Assembly (NCBI GenBank): GCA_002307015.1
Contig: DBTK01000131.1
Span: forward strand, 723 to 64,722
DNA: 64,000 bases
Direction: 5' to 3'
Origin: Spirochaetaceae bacterium UBA1318
Lineage (GTDB): Bacteria > Spirochaetota > Spirochaetia > Treponematales > UBA1318
Shown here: positions 36,023 to 44,834 of the stretch, one piece after another
Position numbering within the stretch: the stretch's first letter is position 1
Layout: each line of letters starts with the position of its first letter
The notes under the pieces: model-generated
Databases searched by the model: none
Seen by the model: only the letters and a program-made list of their open reading frames with translations
Told to the model about the DNA's origin: nothing
Position numbers and translations under genes: made by a program

Positions 36023-37120
36023 ATGTACGCATTGTTACCTATCCCTATCGCGGCTGCGCTCAGCCTCGTCATGATGCCCATCATTATCCTTATCGCCGAC
36101 AAGCAACATTGGTTCGACGAGGTGAATTCCCGGAAGATTCACACGGGCAATATTCCCCGATTGGGTGGCATCGGAATATTCTGGTCGTTCGCCGTGACGA
36201 TGGCCCTTGCGATCGTCTTCGTTCCGAACTGCGCTGTCGGTCTTGGCAAGAACTGGTGGCTCCTGATCGCACCCGTCATCGCCATTTTGGTCATCCACTT
36301 CATCGGCCTCGCGGACGATTTCCAGAGCCTTCGCGCCCGTTTCAAGTTCATGCTTCAGATCGGTGCAGCCATTCTGGTCGTCGCCTGCGGGTTCTATTTC
36401 AAGCGCGTCTATCTGCCGATCCCGCCCTACGATATCGATCTGGGTTGGGGCGGCCGGGTTCTGACCGTGATATGGATCGTGGGCATCACGAACGCCATCA
36501 ACCTGATCGACGGCATGGACGGGCTCTCGAGCGGGATTTCGATCATCGCCGCCGCGACCTTCGGGACGATGTATCTCCTTCAGGGCGAGCTTTTCCCGGC
36601 GACGATCGCGTTCGCCCTCGTCGGTGCCCTCATCGGTTTTCTCTGTTTCAATTTTCCGCCCGCGAAGATCTTCATGGGTGATTCGGGAAGCACCTTTCTC
36701 GGTTTCGTGCTCGCCCTGCTGACCGTATTCGACGGGAACGGCGACGGGTACTCGGAGGTCGGGCTTCTGAGCGCGATAACCGTCCTGATCATACCGGTGT
36801 TCGACACCTTCGCCGCGATGATCAGGAGGCGGCGGAACGGCATATCGTTCCTGGTGCCCGATCGGCTTCATCTCCACCACAAGATGCTGAATCTCGGGCT
36901 CGGTGTCCGATCGATCCTCGCCATCGTCTATGCGGTCTGCATCCTTCTGGGTGCGACCGCGATCTCGACGCTCTATCTTGAGAAGACCGCGGGCTTCATC
37001 CTGCAGACAGCCTCCTGGGCCGTCTGCCTGGGGCTTTTCATCCTTCTGCACTACCTACAATACGGAACGCTGATTGTTCCCAAGGATGAGTCGGCCATCA
37101 CCGACGAGAGCAAAGAGTAG
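36023..37120 (+). CDS. MraY/WecA-family polyprenyl-phosphate HexNAc-1-phosphate transferase
   Basis: 365 aa, polytopic, with NAINLIDGMDGLS, FMGDSGSTFLGF and HLHHKM. Confidence 0.9.
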   Translation: MYALLPIPIAAALSLVMMPIIILIADKQHWFDEVNSRKIHTGNIPRLGGIGIFWSFAVTMALAIVFVPNCAVGLGKNWWLLIAPVIAILVIHFIGLADDFQSLRARFKFMLQIGAAILVVACGFYFKRVYLPIPPYDIDLGWGGRVLTVIWIVGITNAINLIDGMDGLSSGISIIAAATFGTMYLLQGELFPATIAFALVGALIGFLCFNFPPAKIFMGDSGSTFLGFVLALLTVFDGNGDGYSEVGLLSAITVLIIPVFDTFAAMIRRRRNGISFLVPDRLHLHHKMLNLGLGVRSILAIVYAVCILLGATAISTLYLEKTAGFILQTASWAVCLGLFILLHYLQYGTLIVPKDESAITDESKE

Positions 37121-37167
37121 TCCGGGCACTGGCAGCTTCGTCGCTACCGGCCCGTTCGACCTGCCGA

Positions 37168-37659
37168 CTACTGACTGAGCCAGGACTCCTGCGCCGTCTT
37201 GATGTAGGCGAGAAGATCCTCCGGTTTCGGTTTTCCCTGCAGCAGGGATAGAAAATCTTCCCTCTGGCAGAGGTAGGAAACCCTCGACAGGATCTGGAGG
37301 TGAAGCCGGGCCTGGGCCGAGAGCAGGATGAAAAGCACGAATACCGGGCTCTTGTCCAGGGCCTTGTAATCGATGGGATCCTTCAGGAAACATACGGAAA
37401 TCAGCTGATCCTCCGGAAGGGGAATGAGGGGATTTCTCGGATGCGGGATGGCGATTCCATGGCCGACCGCGGTCGGCATCAGGTCTTCCCGCTCGATCAT
37501 GGCCGAAAGGACGGCCTCGCGGCGCACCTCCGCCGGAAGCCGGATCTTTTCCACCGCGTTCTTCAGCACCGCTTTCGGCGTATCTCCGCCGATATCATAG
37601 AAAATGCCGCCCTTCCTCACCAAAGCCTCAAGGTCAATCCTACCGCTTTCCATGTCCAC
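37168..37659 (-). CDS. ptsN: PTS EIIA (fructose/mannitol/Ntr type), PtsN-like
   Basis: 163 aa. MPTAVGHGIAIPHPR contains the phosphorylatable His of the EIIA-2 family. Confidence 0.75.
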   Translation of the reverse strand: MDMESGRIDLEALVRKGGIFYDIGGDTPKAVLKNAVEKIRLPAEVRREAVLSAMIEREDLMPTAVGHGIAIPHPRNPLIPLPEDQLISVCFLKDPIDYKALDKSPVFVLFILLSAQARLHLQILSRVSYLCQREDFLSLLQGKPKPEDLLAYIKTAQESWLSQ

Positions 37660-39526
37660 TCCCTTTTTTTATCCCCGATACCAGCCTGTTTTGTGTCTTT
37701 TTGAGGTCGAAGCGCCTCGGGTCGAAGGCCCTGCCGAGCGTATCGGCCGCGAAGGCTTTCGCGCCGGCGTCTGCGCCGCCGAGCGCCGCGATGAGGCCGA
37801 GATACCCGACGACGCCGCCTGAGTCTTCCGGCGGGGACGCCCCCTCTCCCTCGACGAGTTCCGGGACTGCCGAAACGACAGGTCCGGCAGCGGTTTCCAC
37901 GGCGACGACCTTCACCGTGCATTCCCAGTCGTCGCCGAAATCGTACTGGTACGAAAAGGCCGACACGTCGATTCCGAGAACCTCTCCCAGGAGGTACTCG
38001 CTGTCGTCCGCGACCGTACCGAGATCCTCGTCCGAGGGAAGGCCGAACCGCTTCCCGTCCACGAGGAATTCGTGGAGGTGGCAGTCCCGCCATCCCATGA
38101 CGGCCTGGATGCTTTCATGGAGCTGCCTCAGCGTGACGACCGAGGGTACGCGCAACCTGCGACGGATCTGCGGCTCGATCCCGTCTATCGTCACGTCGAG
38201 CAGGTAGGCCGAGTCCGACTGGATGGGCTTTTTCACGGGGGGGGATTCCCTCGGCAGGTCCGAAGGCCCCTCGGTCGCGAGGAGCTCGAGACTCGCGTCC
38301 ACCTTCCCGAGGGATTCCCTGAAGTCGGCGGCGTCGTCCTTGCCGATGCCGGCCGGGTCGTTCAGAAGCGCGATGATCGCGTGGATCTGGGCGACGAGCA
38401 TGTTCATCAGGGTGAAGGGATCTTCTGAATCGGGATCATCGTCCGTTCGGTCGAAGCGATCCTCTTCCGCCAGGTCGGAGAGGGCGTTCAGCGCCTTTTC
38501 GAGAAGGGTGATGCAGTAGGATCGGAGAGGACCGGAATAGGCATCGGCCTCACGGTCGTAGGCGGCCGTGATTTTTTCACGCAGCTTTCTGGTCAGCGCC
38601 TCGAACTCGCAGGTGTCGTTGTTCTTTTCGAGCCTTTCCCGCCATTTTTCGCCGAAAAGCTCGATGTCGAGATGTTCGGTGTCGCCGAGGTGGTTGAAAA
38701 GGGCGTCCTTGATGTAGCCCTCGTACAGGGCGCTCGTCATGATGAGTTCGTTGCGCATGAAGAGGCGCGTGAGTTCGTCGAAATCGCTGTCCACGCCCGA
38801 TTTCTCGTCGGCGGCCGCGCTTCGGACATGGTCGACGGACGAAAGGTCCTTGTGGATGAAACGCTGTTCCTCGTGGGCTTTCCCGATGCCGATCGTATTG
38901 TTCTGATTCACGAATTGGGCGATCGTGACGACCGGATGCTGGATTATCCAGGGGCCGGCGTCGAGGACGGCGGCGGCAAGCTGCTCCTCCATGTCGGCGT
39001 CCGGGCCGATCGTGTCGATCGCCCTGAGGAAGGCGGCCTCGAAGCGCTCGTTCCACTCGCGTATCTCGTCCTGACGTTCAAGGAGTTCCCTGGCCGGCGT
39101 ATGGATCAGGACGAACTCGCCCTTCGCCCAATCCCTGACCGTGGCGATGAACCCGTCGCCTGGCTTGAACCCGAGCTTCCTGTAGGGCCTGGCCATGTCG
39201 AACACGGAGACGATGGCTTCCTTCTCTTCGCTCGTCTCTGTGAGGAGGGCCGCATTCTTCCTGTCGTCGTTGATCAGGAATTCGACGAGACGGTTCGAAC
39301 CGAAAAGGCTGTAGTAGATGCCCAGATCGCCCATGGCCGCATTGAGGTCGGTCCGCGGAAGCTCGACGCCGTTCATGAAGGCGCGCAGTTTCCTCGGCTT
39401 GATCGCGGGGGCGTAGAAGGGGATGAAACGATGTCCCGGTATGAGGATGTCGCTCGCGATCTCTTCCCTCGTGGGAACGATGAGGAATCGCGCTCCGGTG
39501 AACGGACTCGGGCTGGGCGAATTCAT
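37640..39526 (-). CDS. Protein with C-terminal pRiA4b ORF-3-like (MM3350-like) domain; N-terminal 430 aa unknown
   Basis: 628 aa. YLLDVTIDGIEPQIRRRLRVP...LHESIQAVMGWRDCHLHEF...YQYDFGDDWECTV matches the pRiA4b ORF-3-like domain pattern. Its 3' end overlaps ptsN by 20 nt. Confidence 0.7.
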   Translation of the reverse strand: MNSPSPSPFTGARFLIVPTREEIASDILIPGHRFIPFYAPAIKPRKLRAFMNGVELPRTDLNAAMGDLGIYYSLFGSNRLVEFLINDDRKNAALLTETSEEKEAIVSVFDMARPYRKLGFKPGDGFIATVRDWAKGEFVLIHTPARELLERQDEIREWNERFEAAFLRAIDTIGPDADMEEQLAAAVLDAGPWIIQHPVVTIAQFVNQNNTIGIGKAHEEQRFIHKDLSSVDHVRSAAADEKSGVDSDFDELTRLFMRNELIMTSALYEGYIKDALFNHLGDTEHLDIELFGEKWRERLEKNNDTCEFEALTRKLREKITAAYDREADAYSGPLRSYCITLLEKALNALSDLAEEDRFDRTDDDPDSEDPFTLMNMLVAQIHAIIALLNDPAGIGKDDAADFRESLGKVDASLELLATEGPSDLPRESPPVKKPIQSDSAYLLDVTIDGIEPQIRRRLRVPSVVTLRQLHESIQAVMGWRDCHLHEFLVDGKRFGLPSDEDLGTVADDSEYLLGEVLGIDVSAFSYQYDFGDDWECTVKVVAVETAAGPVVSAVPELVEGEGASPPEDSGGVVGYLGLIAALGGADAGAKAFAADTLGRAFDPRRFDLKKTQNRLVSGIKKGSGHGKR

Positions 39527-39577
39527 GGTTCTAATAATGGTGAAGAAGCGTCAAATTATCAAGCGGAAACGGAACGA

Positions 39578-39606
39578 AGCGCGGCGATGAGCCGCGCTTT
39601 TTTTTT
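39578..39606. terminator. GC-rich hairpin flanked by a T9 run (A9 on the other strand), abutting a second hairpin; possible bidirectional terminator after lgt
   Basis: AGCGCGGC (39578-39585), loop GATGA, GCCGCGCT (39591-39598), then T-run 39598-39606. A second hairpin GCCCGGG/CCCGGGC at 39607-39625 touches the lgt stop codon. Confidence 0.4.
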
Positions 39607-39624
39607 GCCCGGGCCGACCCCGGG

Positions 39625-40677
39625 CTACCTGATTTTTTTCCGCGTTCTCCGCGCCGAGTTTCGGCCAGACTTTTCCCTGGTTCCCGTCTCCCGGAAAATC
39701 GCCGTTCCGGTACCCGAGGCGGACGACCTCCCTGGATGTCGGCGCGACCAGCCCCGCGCGATCGCGAGGAAAAGAATTCCGCCGATGATCATCAGGAAGC
39801 ACAGGATCTGTCCGGTCGAGAAATTCCAGGGGCTCGAGAAAAGGTAGGTCGGCGCGTCGCCGTGGGCGAGGCTGATGCGGTACCCGATGCCCGCGTCCGG
39901 TTCCCGAAAATACTCGATGAAAAACCTGACGATGCCGTACCCGATCATGTACCATCCCATCACGAAGCCGTCGTAGGACTTTCGCTTCCTGATGAAGAAC
40001 CAGAGAAAGGCCCAGAGGACGAGCCCTTCGAAAAATGCCTCGTAGAGCTGGGATGGATGGCGGGGGAGATTGAGCAGGCCGGCGGGGTCCGGGATCGACA
40101 TGCCGATCTTTCCTGCGATGTTCTTGACCCAGGGGTCCGAAGCGGGAAAGCGCTCGGCCTCCGGAAAGATCATGCCCAGGGGGCTCGAGGTGACGCGTCC
40201 GTAGAGTTCCCCGTTGATGAAATTTCCCAGTCGACCGAAGGTGTAGCCGAGGGGGACGGCGGCCGCGACCGTGTCGCCCCAGTCGAGGAAGCTGATCCTC
40301 TTGACCCGGCAGAAAACCACCGTCGCGACGATCGCACCCAGAAAGCCTCCGTGGTAGGACATGCCCTGGAGTCCCGTGAACGCGCCGGTCTCATCGAAGG
40401 GCCAGAATACGAGCCAGGGGGCCCTGAGGTAGCGGCCCGAGGTGTCGTAGACGATGGTCGCGAAGATCCGCGCGCAGACGAGGACGCCGATGATCGTCCA
40501 GAAAAAATAGCTCGTCACCTCGTCGGCGTCGTAATTGACTTTGCGTTCCCTGAGCTGGCGGGAAACGAGAAGGTAGGTGATCGCGAAGGCGACGAGGTAC
40601 ATGAATCCGTACCAGCGGAAGGGAAGTCCCGGAATGATTTCCGGCCTGATCCAATCGGGATAATTCAGATACGACAT
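39625..40677 (-). CDS. lgt: Prolipoprotein diacylglyceryl transferase with a basic C-terminal extension of about 60 aa
   Basis: FRWYGFMYLVAF, GMSYHGGFLGA and GRLGNFINGELYGR. 350 aa, versus about 270-290 aa typical. Confidence 0.92.
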   Translation of the reverse strand: MSYLNYPDWIRPEIIPGLPFRWYGFMYLVAFAITYLLVSRQLRERKVNYDADEVTSYFFWTIIGVLVCARIFATIVYDTSGRYLRAPWLVFWPFDETGAFTGLQGMSYHGGFLGAIVATVVFCRVKRISFLDWGDTVAAAVPLGYTFGRLGNFINGELYGRVTSSPLGMIFPEAERFPASDPWVKNIAGKIGMSIPDPAGLLNLPRHPSQLYEAFFEGLVLWAFLWFFIRKRKSYDGFVMGWYMIGYGIVRFFIEYFREPDAGIGYRISLAHGDAPTYLFSSPWNFSTGQILCFLMIIGGILFLAIARGWSRRHPGRSSASGTGTAIFRETGTREKSGRNSARRTRKKIR

Positions 40678-40693
40678 GGGCTGTTCGGACTCC

Positions 40694-43639
40694 TCACGTT
40701 AAGGGCTTTTCCTGGATGTGGCCGCGTTCCTGATCGAAGAAGAAAACAACCCGCGTCTTTTTCTGCTTCACCTCGAAGTACCTGCCGTGGCTTTCGAGAA
40801 CGACTCCGGGATACACGGTTCCGCGTATCCGAATTTCGGAGGGGAAGTGTTCCTCGAATTTCTCCCTCAGCGTGAGGAGGCGGTGGGACCGTTTTTCGAG
40901 CAGCTTGATGAGCGAAACCTTTTCCTGACCGAGGGCGTCGATCTTGCCTCCCGAGTTCGCGAGACGCTTGATCTCGATGTCGAGTTTCACGATGCGGTTT
41001 TTCAGGTCCGAGGTTTCGCGCTCCTCGAGATCGATCTGGTCGCCGACGAGGTAATCCTGGCCGAAGGAGAGTTCCGTCTTGACGCCCGATTCGGTCCCGA
41101 TGTTCATCGTGTCGATGCCCTTCTTCGCCTTGCAGCTGCCGCCGACGAGGGTGCCGCGTTCGCCCGAGAGCGAGAGCCGCCCGTTCGTCTTGACCTTGCA
41201 GTTGAAGCACTGGTTCTTCATCTCGATCGTGTCGACCGAGAGGAGCACGGTGCCTTCGGCGAAGAGGGTGTGGATGCTCGTCTTCGCCCTGACGATGGCC
41301 TTTCCTCCGCCGCGGATTCCCCCGCCGACGGTGACCGAGCCCTCGGCCGAGAGCAGGGCGGCCTCCATGGCTCCGGCGACGATGATCGATCCGCCGGCGA
41401 AAAGCTGGGCGCCGTTTCCCACCGATCCCGATATCGCCACCTCGCCGGGAAACCTGACAGGACCTGCGGCCCTGGTGAAGTCCCCCTCGACGAGACGGCG
41501 GCTTACGACGCTCAGTCCGTTGCCCGAGTAGTGGAGCTCTCCCGACCTGGCGGCTATGAGGACGATGGATCCGTCCGCAGCCTTTTCCTCTCTCAGGCCG
41601 TCGTCGTGCTTGATCGCCATGGGTTCGGCGGTTTCGGAGGGAGGGGCTTCGAGTTCCCCTTCCTTTACCTTGACGACGGCGCCGGTAACGTCCCACCCGT
41701 CCTGAGAGCCGCCGGAATCCTTGGAGAGCTTCGCGACCGGCTGGCCCTGTTTGACCGAGGCCGAGGCACCGGCGACGGAATCGGGAATACCGGTGAGCTT
41801 CACGAGGAATTCGGGCTTGGGGGTTCGCGAGTCCTGCGGGGGCTTCCCCCTGGCGATTTCACGTTCGCGTACCGGATTTCCCTCCAGGGCCTCGCGCAGC
41901 GCCTTCCCGAGGGCCTCGCCGTCGATTCCCTTGACGATGTTCTTCGCCTTGAGTGCCTCGTGGACCCGATCGGCGGTGAGAGGTTTTCCCGCGCCGACCT
42001 CTCGTTCGAGGGTGAGGTAGGCATCCATGCCGTCGGAGCGGACCCTGGCCGAAATGACGGCGTCCTTGTGGGGGACGATCCTGAGGAAAAAGGAGTTCTC
42101 CTCCTGGCTGTAGTGCAGGAGGCCGTCGACCTGGGCTTCGACCGAATTCCCCGAAAACCTGACGTTCTCGAAAGGCTGGATCTCGGGGTCGTTCCCGGGA
42201 AGGCCGGCGAGCACGGTACCGAATACGTCGACTCCAGCCGTTCCCGGTTGGGCGGGCGGCATCTGCAGGATGTTCTGGCCCTTCTGGACGAAGGCGAATT
42301 TCTGGACCTTGGCAAGCGGGAAACGAAGGGTCGAAGGGTACTTCAAGAGAAGCTCGGGTCTTGCCTCGCAGCGTTTCCGTATCTCCTCGGAAACGTCCTC
42401 TGGCAGGAAGGTGACGGCCGGCTGGGCGATGCGGTCCTTGCCCCGGCCCGCGGCCATTCCCTGGGCGAGGGGATAGTCCTTGAGCTCGAGGTTGGGTCCG
42501 TTGATGAAATCGAGGATGTCCTTCTTCACCTGGTCGAGCTTGAGGTTCTTGAGCTTCTTCTCGTTTATCGCGGCGCTGATGTCCTTGAGCTGAAGCCGCT
42601 TCCCGGAGCCCGTACCTTTCTTTGCATAGAGGGTCGCGCTGAGGCCTTCCGGGGTGATGTCGACTCGGACGAGGGCTTCGCCCGAGGCGGAAAGCGGAAC
42701 CGAGGCCAGCGGCTCGTCCTCGTCGATCGATTTCTTGAGCAGGGCGGCGATCTGGCTTTCCTCGAAGATGTTCGAGGCCGGCACTCCCGCCTCCACGGCC
42801 GCCGCGAGAATTTCCGCAGCCTGAGGAATCGGGAGCCTCAGATCGCCGGGAATGAAGTCGAGGTAGGCCGTCGACTTGTCCTCGGAGGCGCGTATGGACC
42901 AGCGGTGGACGGCAAAGGGAATGACGTCCACCCAGTTTTCGCCGATGCGGGTAAAGCCGGTGGTCTCGGTCCAGAGCTCGTTCTTGTCGCGCTTGATCCC
43001 CGAACCGCAGAGGAAGTTGACCCCCGAGGGAGGGGTCGGCGACGGTACGGGCATGCCGAAGATGCTTTTCCCGTTCTTCCCCGGCTTGGAGGGGCTGACG
43101 ACCCCGATTCTGGTTCCTGCGACCGCGAATCCCTTTTCGAGGGTCTCCGGATTGACCATGGCCTTTTCCTTCACCTCGCTCGTTTCATAGGTGACGACGA
43201 TTTCCTCTTTCGGCGGAAGGAAGGGAAGGGCGGCGGGTTTCTTGATCTTCGTTTCTTTCTTGATCTTTTCCAGGCGGATTTCGAAGATTTCCGGGTTGGG
43301 GCCCGAAAAGAAGATCTCGTCGGCGAACGAGGCGTAGGTGTCGGGAATGGTCAGGTCGGCCCAGGTGACCCGTTCCGGAACGGGCTCTTCGGGGGGAACG
43401 CCCTTGACGATGACCGAGGTTATCGGGGTTTTCGATCGCGCGTATTTCTGTACGAGATCGTCGAGCCCGCGCTGGGTATAACCCTGGCTGATGCGGTTAT
43501 CCATCAGCATGCGCTGGATTTTCTCGACATTCCATTCGGCGCCGAGGGGATCGGGCGTGAAGGTCAGTGAAGCCTCGAGCCCCGCCTCATCGATATCGAG
43601 TCGTACCGAACCTTTCGCGATCGATCCGCTTGCGGGCAT
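40694..43639 (-). CDS. FapA/DUF342-family protein, unusually long (981 aa) with repeated N-domain-like modules
   Basis: The C-terminal beta-helix-like region (GSVGNGAQLFAGGSIIVAGAMEAALLSAEGSVTVGGGI...CKVKTNGRLSL...GGSCKAKKGIDTMNIGTESG) plus a terminal coiled coil is typical of DUF342. Upstream are 3-4 copies of a V-x-I-x2-D-x3-A-x-L...I..G module. Confidence 0.75.
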   Translation of the reverse strand: MPASGSIAKGSVRLDIDEAGLEASLTFTPDPLGAEWNVEKIQRMLMDNRISQGYTQRGLDDLVQKYARSKTPITSVIVKGVPPEEPVPERVTWADLTIPDTYASFADEIFFSGPNPEIFEIRLEKIKKETKIKKPAALPFLPPKEEIVVTYETSEVKEKAMVNPETLEKGFAVAGTRIGVVSPSKPGKNGKSIFGMPVPSPTPPSGVNFLCGSGIKRDKNELWTETTGFTRIGENWVDVIPFAVHRWSIRASEDKSTAYLDFIPGDLRLPIPQAAEILAAAVEAGVPASNIFEESQIAALLKKSIDEDEPLASVPLSASGEALVRVDITPEGLSATLYAKKGTGSGKRLQLKDISAAINEKKLKNLKLDQVKKDILDFINGPNLELKDYPLAQGMAAGRGKDRIAQPAVTFLPEDVSEEIRKRCEARPELLLKYPSTLRFPLAKVQKFAFVQKGQNILQMPPAQPGTAGVDVFGTVLAGLPGNDPEIQPFENVRFSGNSVEAQVDGLLHYSQEENSFFLRIVPHKDAVISARVRSDGMDAYLTLEREVGAGKPLTADRVHEALKAKNIVKGIDGEALGKALREALEGNPVREREIARGKPPQDSRTPKPEFLVKLTGIPDSVAGASASVKQGQPVAKLSKDSGGSQDGWDVTGAVVKVKEGELEAPPSETAEPMAIKHDDGLREEKAADGSIVLIAARSGELHYSGNGLSVVSRRLVEGDFTRAAGPVRFPGEVAISGSVGNGAQLFAGGSIIVAGAMEAALLSAEGSVTVGGGIRGGGKAIVRAKTSIHTLFAEGTVLLSVDTIEMKNQCFNCKVKTNGRLSLSGERGTLVGGSCKAKKGIDTMNIGTESGVKTELSFGQDYLVGDQIDLEERETSDLKNRIVKLDIEIKRLANSGGKIDALGQEKVSLIKLLEKRSHRLLTLREKFEEHFPSEIRIRGTVYPGVVLESHGRYFEVKQKKTRVVFFFDQERGHIQEKPLT

Positions 43640-43691
43640 CTTCTCTCCTACCGCACGAATTTATAGGAATGGGTCTCGTTGTGCAAGCTCG

Positions 43692-44834
43692 TCACGGCTT
43701 GAACCCCGCCTGAATCGCCTTCGTCAGCTTGAACTTGAGAAATTGGTTTTCCTTTTTAAGCTGGTTGAGCTCGTACTGCTGCGACTTCACGGTTTCGATC
43801 AGGTCGCCCATGCTCAGGGCTCCCGAATGCAGGAGGTCTTCGACGTAATCGAGCTTGTTCTCGAAATCGATCTGGGCCTCGACCGTCGCCTCCTGGTAGG
43901 ATTCCTCGAGGCTGTCCCGGTCGAGCGGTCCCTCCTCGTCGTTCTGCGACTGGATGACCTTGTCCGCGATTCGGCAGACCGCCTGGGAGAGGATGGACTG
44001 GGGCTTGTAGACGATGACGGGCATCCGGGCCGAAAGGGCGACGTCCTGGATGGTGTCGCGATAGATGATTCCCAGGTGCTCGAGCTCGAGTCCGAGGTAT
44101 TCGCTCGCCGATCGGCGGATCTTGATCGCCTTTTCGGCATCCTTCGGATCCTCGATCATGTTCAGGATGAGCCGGGGCCGGAACCTCGCCCGCTTGGCCA
44201 TGAAGGCCGCGTAGCTTTCGGGGTCGTCCTTGGCGATCTTCTCGAGCAGCTTCGGCAGGTAGATCTTCTGGAGGGCGTTCCCTTCCTTGCGGAGCTGTTC
44301 GAGGTAGCGGTACGCGATCGAGGACGGCTTGAAGGAGGTGTACATCAGGCGGAAGAGGGCGTTTTTCAGGAAGAGGTAGGCGTTGAGGACTGCCGTTACC
44401 GCCGGGGTCGTCACCACGATGCCCTGTCCCGATATAAGGAAGAAATCGAGGATGTTCGCCCCCGTTCCCGCGCCGAGGTCGAGGATGAGGTAGTCCGCCT
44501 CGAGGGTGAGGAGCCTCTTCACGAGGCGGTTCTTCTGGTTGGCGTGGAGGTTCGCCATGCCCGGGATTTCCGAATCGCCCGGGATGAAGGAGAGCCCGGG
44601 GAATTCGGTCGGAAGCACGATGTCCTCGAACTTGCGTGAGGAATCCGTCATGAAGGTTCCGATCCCGGTCTTGGGCGACTGCTGTCCCAGGATGAGGTGG
44701 AGGTTCGAGGCGCCGAGGTCGAGGTCGGCGAGGATGACCCGTTTTCCCGCCTTGGCCAGGGCAATGGAGAGGTTCGCGGCGACGAGCGATTTGCCGACGC
44801 CGCCCTTTCCGCTCGCTATCGGGATGATGCGCAC
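43692..44834 (-). CDS. MinD/ParA-superfamily P-loop ATPase (FlhG/MinD-like) with coiled-coil C-terminal extension
   Basis: GTG start. Deviant Walker A IASGKGGVGKS, then ILADLDLGASNLH. The C-terminal amphipathic end FLKFKLTKAIQAGFKP resembles a membrane-targeting helix. Confidence 0.85.
   Translation of the reverse strand: MRIIPIASGKGGVGKSLVAANLSIALAKAGKRVILADLDLGASNLHLILGQQSPKTGIGTFMTDSSRKFEDIVLPTEFPGLSFIPGDSEIPGMANLHANQKNRLVKRLLTLEADYLILDLGAGTGANILDFFLISGQGIVVTTPAVTAVLNAYLFLKNALFRLMYTSFKPSSIAYRYLEQLRKEGNALQKIYLPKLLEKIAKDDPESYAAFMAKRARFRPRLILNMIEDPKDAEKAIKIRRSASEYLGLELEHLGIIYRDTIQDVALSARMPVIVYKPQSILSQAVCRIADKVIQSQNDEEGPLDRDSLEESYQEATVEAQIDFENKLDYVEDLLHSGALSMGDLIETVKSQQYELNQLKKENQFLKFKLTKAIQAGFKP

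Noticed and set aside
37130-37144. A sigma-54-like -24/-12 element, TGGCAGCTTCGTCGC, on the plus strand just after the WecA-like gene.
   Set aside because: It has a mismatch in the -12 TTGC element. It points into the antisense of ptsN with no plus-strand gene downstream. It is probably a chance match.
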